The notes under the pieces were generated by a model. The model worked only from the letters and a program-made list of their open reading frames with translations, had not been told where the DNA came from and made no database searches. Positions 60,791 to 64,000 of a stretch of 64,000 nt of DNA are shown one piece after another. Within the stretch, counting starts at the first letter, position 1, and each line of letters begins with the position of its first letter. The position numbers and the translations under genes are program-made. Origin of the DNA: Dehalococcoidia bacterium (lineage in GTDB: Bacteria; Chloroflexota; Dehalococcoidia; Lucifugimonadales; UBA1127); the NCBI GenBank assembly GCA_965249315.1, contig OZ252225.1, forward strand, positions 1,574,814 to 1,638,813, given 5' to 3'.

Positions 60791-61669
60791 TCAGTCCTCC
60801 GATCGCGTCTGGTACTTGTTGCGAAGCAATACGGCTACGGCGTTCATCGAGAGCAGCAGCACCAGCAGGACGATGATACCCGCGGCGGCCAGGGAGCGGA
60901 ACTCCTCTTGCGGGCGGCCAACCCAGGTGAAGATCTGCAGCGGCATCACGGTGAACCGGTCCAGGGGGCCGGGCACAAAGGTAACGTACACCAGCCCGCT
61001 GATCACCAGGATCGGCGCCGCCTCCCCGATCGCCCTGGACAGGGCCAGGATGGTCCCCGTCAGCATGCCCGGTATGGCCGATGGCAGCACCGTGCCCTTG
61101 ATCACCTGCCACTGGTCCGCCCCAAGGGCGAAGGCCCCCAGTCGGTAGTCGTTCGGGACCGCCCTGATCGCCTCTCTCGAGGCCAGAATGACGATGGGCA
61201 GCACCAAAAGGCCCAGCGTGAGCGCCCCTGCCAGCACCACCTTGCCCAGGGACATCAGCTGCACGAACACGCCCAGACCCAGCAGGCCGTACACCACCGA
61301 CGGCACCCCGGCCAGGTTCGAGATGTTGATCTCGATGAGCCGCGTGAGCCGGTTCTTCGGGGCGTACTCCTCCAGGTAGATCGCGGCGCCAATGCCCACG
61401 GGCACCGTGAACAGCGCCGTGAAGATGATGGTGATGATGGTGCCCATGAGGGCGGCCCTGATGCCCGCAATCTCCGGGTGCCTGGACATGTAGTTCCGCA
61501 GGAAGTCAAAGTCCAGCCACGGCAGCCCCTCCACGGCCGTCCGAATGAGCAGCACGAAGAGGCTCGCAATGCTCGCTAGCACGGCCGCCAGGAAGATGGC
61601 GTGGTATACCCCTCCCACCGTCTTGCGGCGGGACAGCCTGGGGTTGAAGTGCTGCGACAGCTGCGCCAT
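60791..61669 (-). CDS. pstA: Phosphate ABC transporter permease PstA
   Basis: Start MAQLSQHF in a TAATG overlap with the pstC stop, and an EAA-loop (SREAIRAVP). The maximal ORF reaches 61723. Confidence 0.9.
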   Translation of the reverse strand: MAQLSQHFNPRLSRRKTVGGVYHAIFLAAVLASIASLFVLLIRTAVEGLPWLDFDFLRNYMSRHPEIAGIRAALMGTIITIIFTALFTVPVGIGAAIYLEEYAPKNRLTRLIEINISNLAGVPSVVYGLLGLGVFVQLMSLGKVVLAGALTLGLLVLPIVILASREAIRAVPNDYRLGAFALGADQWQVIKGTVLPSAIPGMLTGTILALSRAIGEAAPILVISGLVYVTFVPGPLDRFTVMPLQIFTWVGRPQEEFRSLAAAGIIVLLVLLLSMNAVAVLLRNKYQTRSED

Positions 61670-62652
61670 TAGTATGCCTGCCTCCATCGGCGGACTACGT
61701 ACTGGCCCAGCAGGTTCAGGCACAGCGTCATGACGAACAGCAGCAGGCCCACCGCAAAGATGGTCTTGTACTCCACGGAGTCGTGGGACGCCTCACCCTG
61801 CGCCAGCTGGGCGATGTACGCCGTCATCGTCTGGATGCTCTCCAGCGGGTTGGCCGTGATCCGGGGCGTTGCCCCCGCCGCGATGGTCACCAGCATAGTC
61901 TCCCCGATCGCCCGGGAGATGGCCAGGATGAAGGACGCCACGATGCCCGACAGCGCCGCCGGGACCACCACTCGCAGGCTCGTCTCCAGCTTCGTCGCTC
62001 CCAGCGCGTAGGAGGCCTGCCGAAGCGACCTGGGCACGCTGATCATCGCATCCTCGCTCAGGGACGACACCATCGGGATGATCATGATCCCCATCACCAC
62101 GCCTGCGCTCAGCGCGTTGAACACGATCATGTTCGGGAAGAACGTCTGCAGCAGCGGCGTCACGAACGTCAGCGCAAAGTAGCCGTAGACCACGGTCGGG
62201 ATGCCGGCCAGGATCTCGATGAACGGCTTCAGCACCCGCCGCGCCCGGTCTGGCGCGTACTCCGCAAGGTAGATCGCCGTGGCCAGCCCCACGGGCAGCG
62301 CCACGATCGCCGCCAGTACCGTCACCAGCATCGTGCCGGCCACCAGCGGCAGCACCCCGAAGGACGTCGGCTTGAGGATCGGCGTCCAGCGCGTTCCCGT
62401 CAGGAAGTCCCAGACGGACACCTCTGCGAAGAAGCCCAGGGACTGCTCGATGAGAATGAAGACGATTCCGATGGTCGTGAAGATGGAGATCAGGGCGCAG
62501 GCGAAGAAGAGCCATCGGAAGATGAGCCCCTCCACGCGGGTGGACCGGCCCTTCCGGTGCCGTCCCTGGACTACTTTCGTCTCGCTTCCGGCGCCGACTC
62601 CGCTTGGCCGTGCCACTACGTCTCCAACAGCCTTCCCCTTGAGTCTGCCCAC
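61669..62652 (-). CDS. pstC: Phosphate ABC transporter permease PstC
   Basis: Six TM segments, an EAA-loop ([24 protein letters not shown]), and its position between pstS and pstA. Confidence 0.9.
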   Translation of the reverse strand: MGRLKGKAVGDVVARPSGVGAGSETKVVQGRHRKGRSTRVEGLIFRWLFFACALISIFTTIGIVFILIEQSLGFFAEVSVWDFLTGTRWTPILKPTSFGVLPLVAGTMLVTVLAAIVALPVGLATAIYLAEYAPDRARRVLKPFIEILAGIPTVVYGYFALTFVTPLLQTFFPNMIVFNALSAGVVMGIMIIPMVSSLSEDAMISVPRSLRQASYALGATKLETSLRVVVPAALSGIVASFILAISRAIGETMLVTIAAGATPRITANPLESIQTMTAYIAQLAQGEASHDSVEYKTIFAVGLLLFVMTLCLNLLGQYVVRRWRQAY

Positions 62653-62666
62653 CCGTGCACGTGGTG

Positions 62667-63674
62667 TTAGTTGTCGGCTATCAGCGCCAGGTTGTCCTGG
62701 TACTCCTGCGCTGACAGGGGCACGTAGCCGACTTCCTCGGTCAGCTGGGCGGCGTTCAGCATGTAGAACTCCACGAAGTCCCGGATCTCCGGCCTCTGCA
62801 GGCTGGCCTTGCTCACGTAGATGAACAGCGGCCGGGACAGGGGAGCGTAGGTGCCGTCGGCGATGGAGGCCAAGGACGGCGTCACACAGCCGTCGCCGCT
62901 ATCGACGGCGACCAGCTTTAGCTTGTCGCTGTTCTGCGCGTAGTAGGCGAAGCCGAAGTAGCCCAGGGCGTTCCGGTCGCCGCTGATGCCCTGCACCAGG
63001 ACGTTGTCGTCCTCGGATCGAGTGTAGTCGGCCCGGGAGACCTTGGCCTCCCCCATGACCTCCTCGGTGAAGTAGTCGAACGTGCCGGAGTCGGTGCCCG
63101 GTCCGTAGAGGTTGATCTTCCGGTCGGGCCAGGAGGCGTCCAGATCGTTCCAGGAGTCAACGGAGCTCTCGGGCTCCCAGAGCGTCTTGAGCTGCTCCAC
63201 GGTCATGCAGGTGACGAAGTCATTCTGGAGGTTGACCATCACGGACAGCCCGTCCACGCCCACCAGCAGTCCGTAGTACTCGATGCCGTTCTCCGCCGCC
63301 GTCGCCGCCTCGGTGTCCCTGATGACCCGGGAGGCGTCGGAGATGTCGGTCTCGCCCGCGGTGAAGCGCTTGAACCCGCCGCCGCTGCCGGAGATGCCGA
63401 CGTTGACCAGGACGCTGTCCTGGAACTTGCGGTACTCCTCGGCCACGGCCTCGGTGACGGGCGCCACCGTGCTGGACCCGTCGATCTCGACCGTGCCCTC
63501 AAGGCTGTTCTCCGGCGCGGAGGCGGCCTTGTTCTCGGCCGTGCTCGTCGCTGCGGCGGACGAGGACCCATCGCCGCCCCCGCAGGCCGCCATGGCCATC
63601 GCCGCAACGAGCCCCACGAACAGAGCGCCAATCAGCCGCCGGGCTGTACGACGCCCAGATTTTGCCTGGACCAT
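62667..63674 (-). CDS. pstS: Phosphate ABC transporter substrate-binding protein PstS
   Basis: Lipoprotein-type signal (AMAMAAC), and GSSTVAP...SGSGGG...ASR motifs of the PstS family. Confidence 0.9.
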   Translation of the reverse strand: MVQAKSGRRTARRLIGALFVGLVAAMAMAACGGGDGSSSAAATSTAENKAASAPENSLEGTVEIDGSSTVAPVTEAVAEEYRKFQDSVLVNVGISGSGGGFKRFTAGETDISDASRVIRDTEAATAAENGIEYYGLLVGVDGLSVMVNLQNDFVTCMTVEQLKTLWEPESSVDSWNDLDASWPDRKINLYGPGTDSGTFDYFTEEVMGEAKVSRADYTRSEDDNVLVQGISGDRNALGYFGFAYYAQNSDKLKLVAVDSGDGCVTPSLASIADGTYAPLSRPLFIYVSKASLQRPEIRDFVEFYMLNAAQLTEEVGYVPLSAQEYQDNLALIADN

Positions 63675-63715
63675 TTCGATCGGTCTCCCTTCCCTTTCAT
63701 GCTATGTCCCTCCCG

Positions 63716-63753
63716 TTAACGGGCTTTGAACCGGACGTTAACGTCCGGTTAAT
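63716..63753 (-). promoter_or_regulatory. Candidate Pho-box region upstream of pstS
   Basis: TTAAC at 63716 and 63738 and TTAAT at 63749 are spaced 22 and 11 bp apart, about one helical turn. The region embeds the perfect 22-bp palindrome AACCGGACGTTAACGTCCGGTT (63729-63750). Confidence 0.45.
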
Positions 63754-64000
63754 GCCCGCGGGGGTCATACTAGGGCGGCAGCGCCGCTGCAACCCCCCAA
63801 CAAAAAATATCAGGGTGGGTGGGCGGGAAATGCGGCGGCGGTGTGGGGTTGTGGGGAAAGGCAAGGCGGCACTGCCGCCGGGAAATGCGGCGGCGTGGGG
63901 TGGAGGTCGGGGAGCGGCGACCCCTCCGTTTGAACGTAGAGGCCCTCGTGGTTGCCCGTCGGAACTAACTCGCCGCGCGCAGTATGACCGACACCGTCGT

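Overview
High-GC bacterial chromosomal segment; the taxon cannot be assigned from sequence alone. Housekeeping blocks alternate with visibly more AT-rich accessory patches. GC differences are judged by eye and all family names come from motif recognition; nothing here was computed or searched.

Core blocks:
- pyrR-pyrB-pyrC-carA-[exonuclease]-carB operon behind a PyrR attenuator (3.6-11.9 kb)
- methyltransferase, EF-G paralogue and etfBA (12-17.8 kb)
- yqeK/HIT (33.8-34.7 kb)
- two acyl-CoA dehydrogenases, a small Lrp/AsnC protein and an MFS transporter (39.3-43.4 kb)
- YitJ-like Hcy-methyltransferase/MetF fusion, katG, glmS-yvcK-epimerase and tRNA-Arg(TCT) (44.8-53.5 kb)
- DtxR-type regulator, Fe-binding protein and two Bfd-like proteins, an aquaporin, and pstSCAB-phoU (56-63.7 kb)

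Accessory material:
- a frameshifted GmrSD-type (DUF262/DUF1524) restriction gene (0.17-2.25 kb)
- a 6.5-kb patchwork (19.9-26.5 kb) in which repeated 3'-end scars of two genes delimit four unrelated cargo cassettes
- a DUF4258/DUF2283 pair
- a packaging-only prophage remnant with terminase and portal (28-31.6 kb)
- an AT-richer island (34.75-38.65 kb) encoding an ImmA-like peptidase, a PIN-like protein, a Beta-protein/sce7725-like protein and a convergent sce7726-like PD-(D/E)xK protein
- one intact and two decayed toxin-antitoxin modules

Other structure: a pair of roughly 450-bp imperfect inverted repeats brackets the acyl-CoA dehydrogenase/MFS module, and several dispersed GC-rich repeat families are present.

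The two best candidates for something undescribed are the gene-end scar/cassette array and the ImmA-PIN-Beta/sce7726 island.
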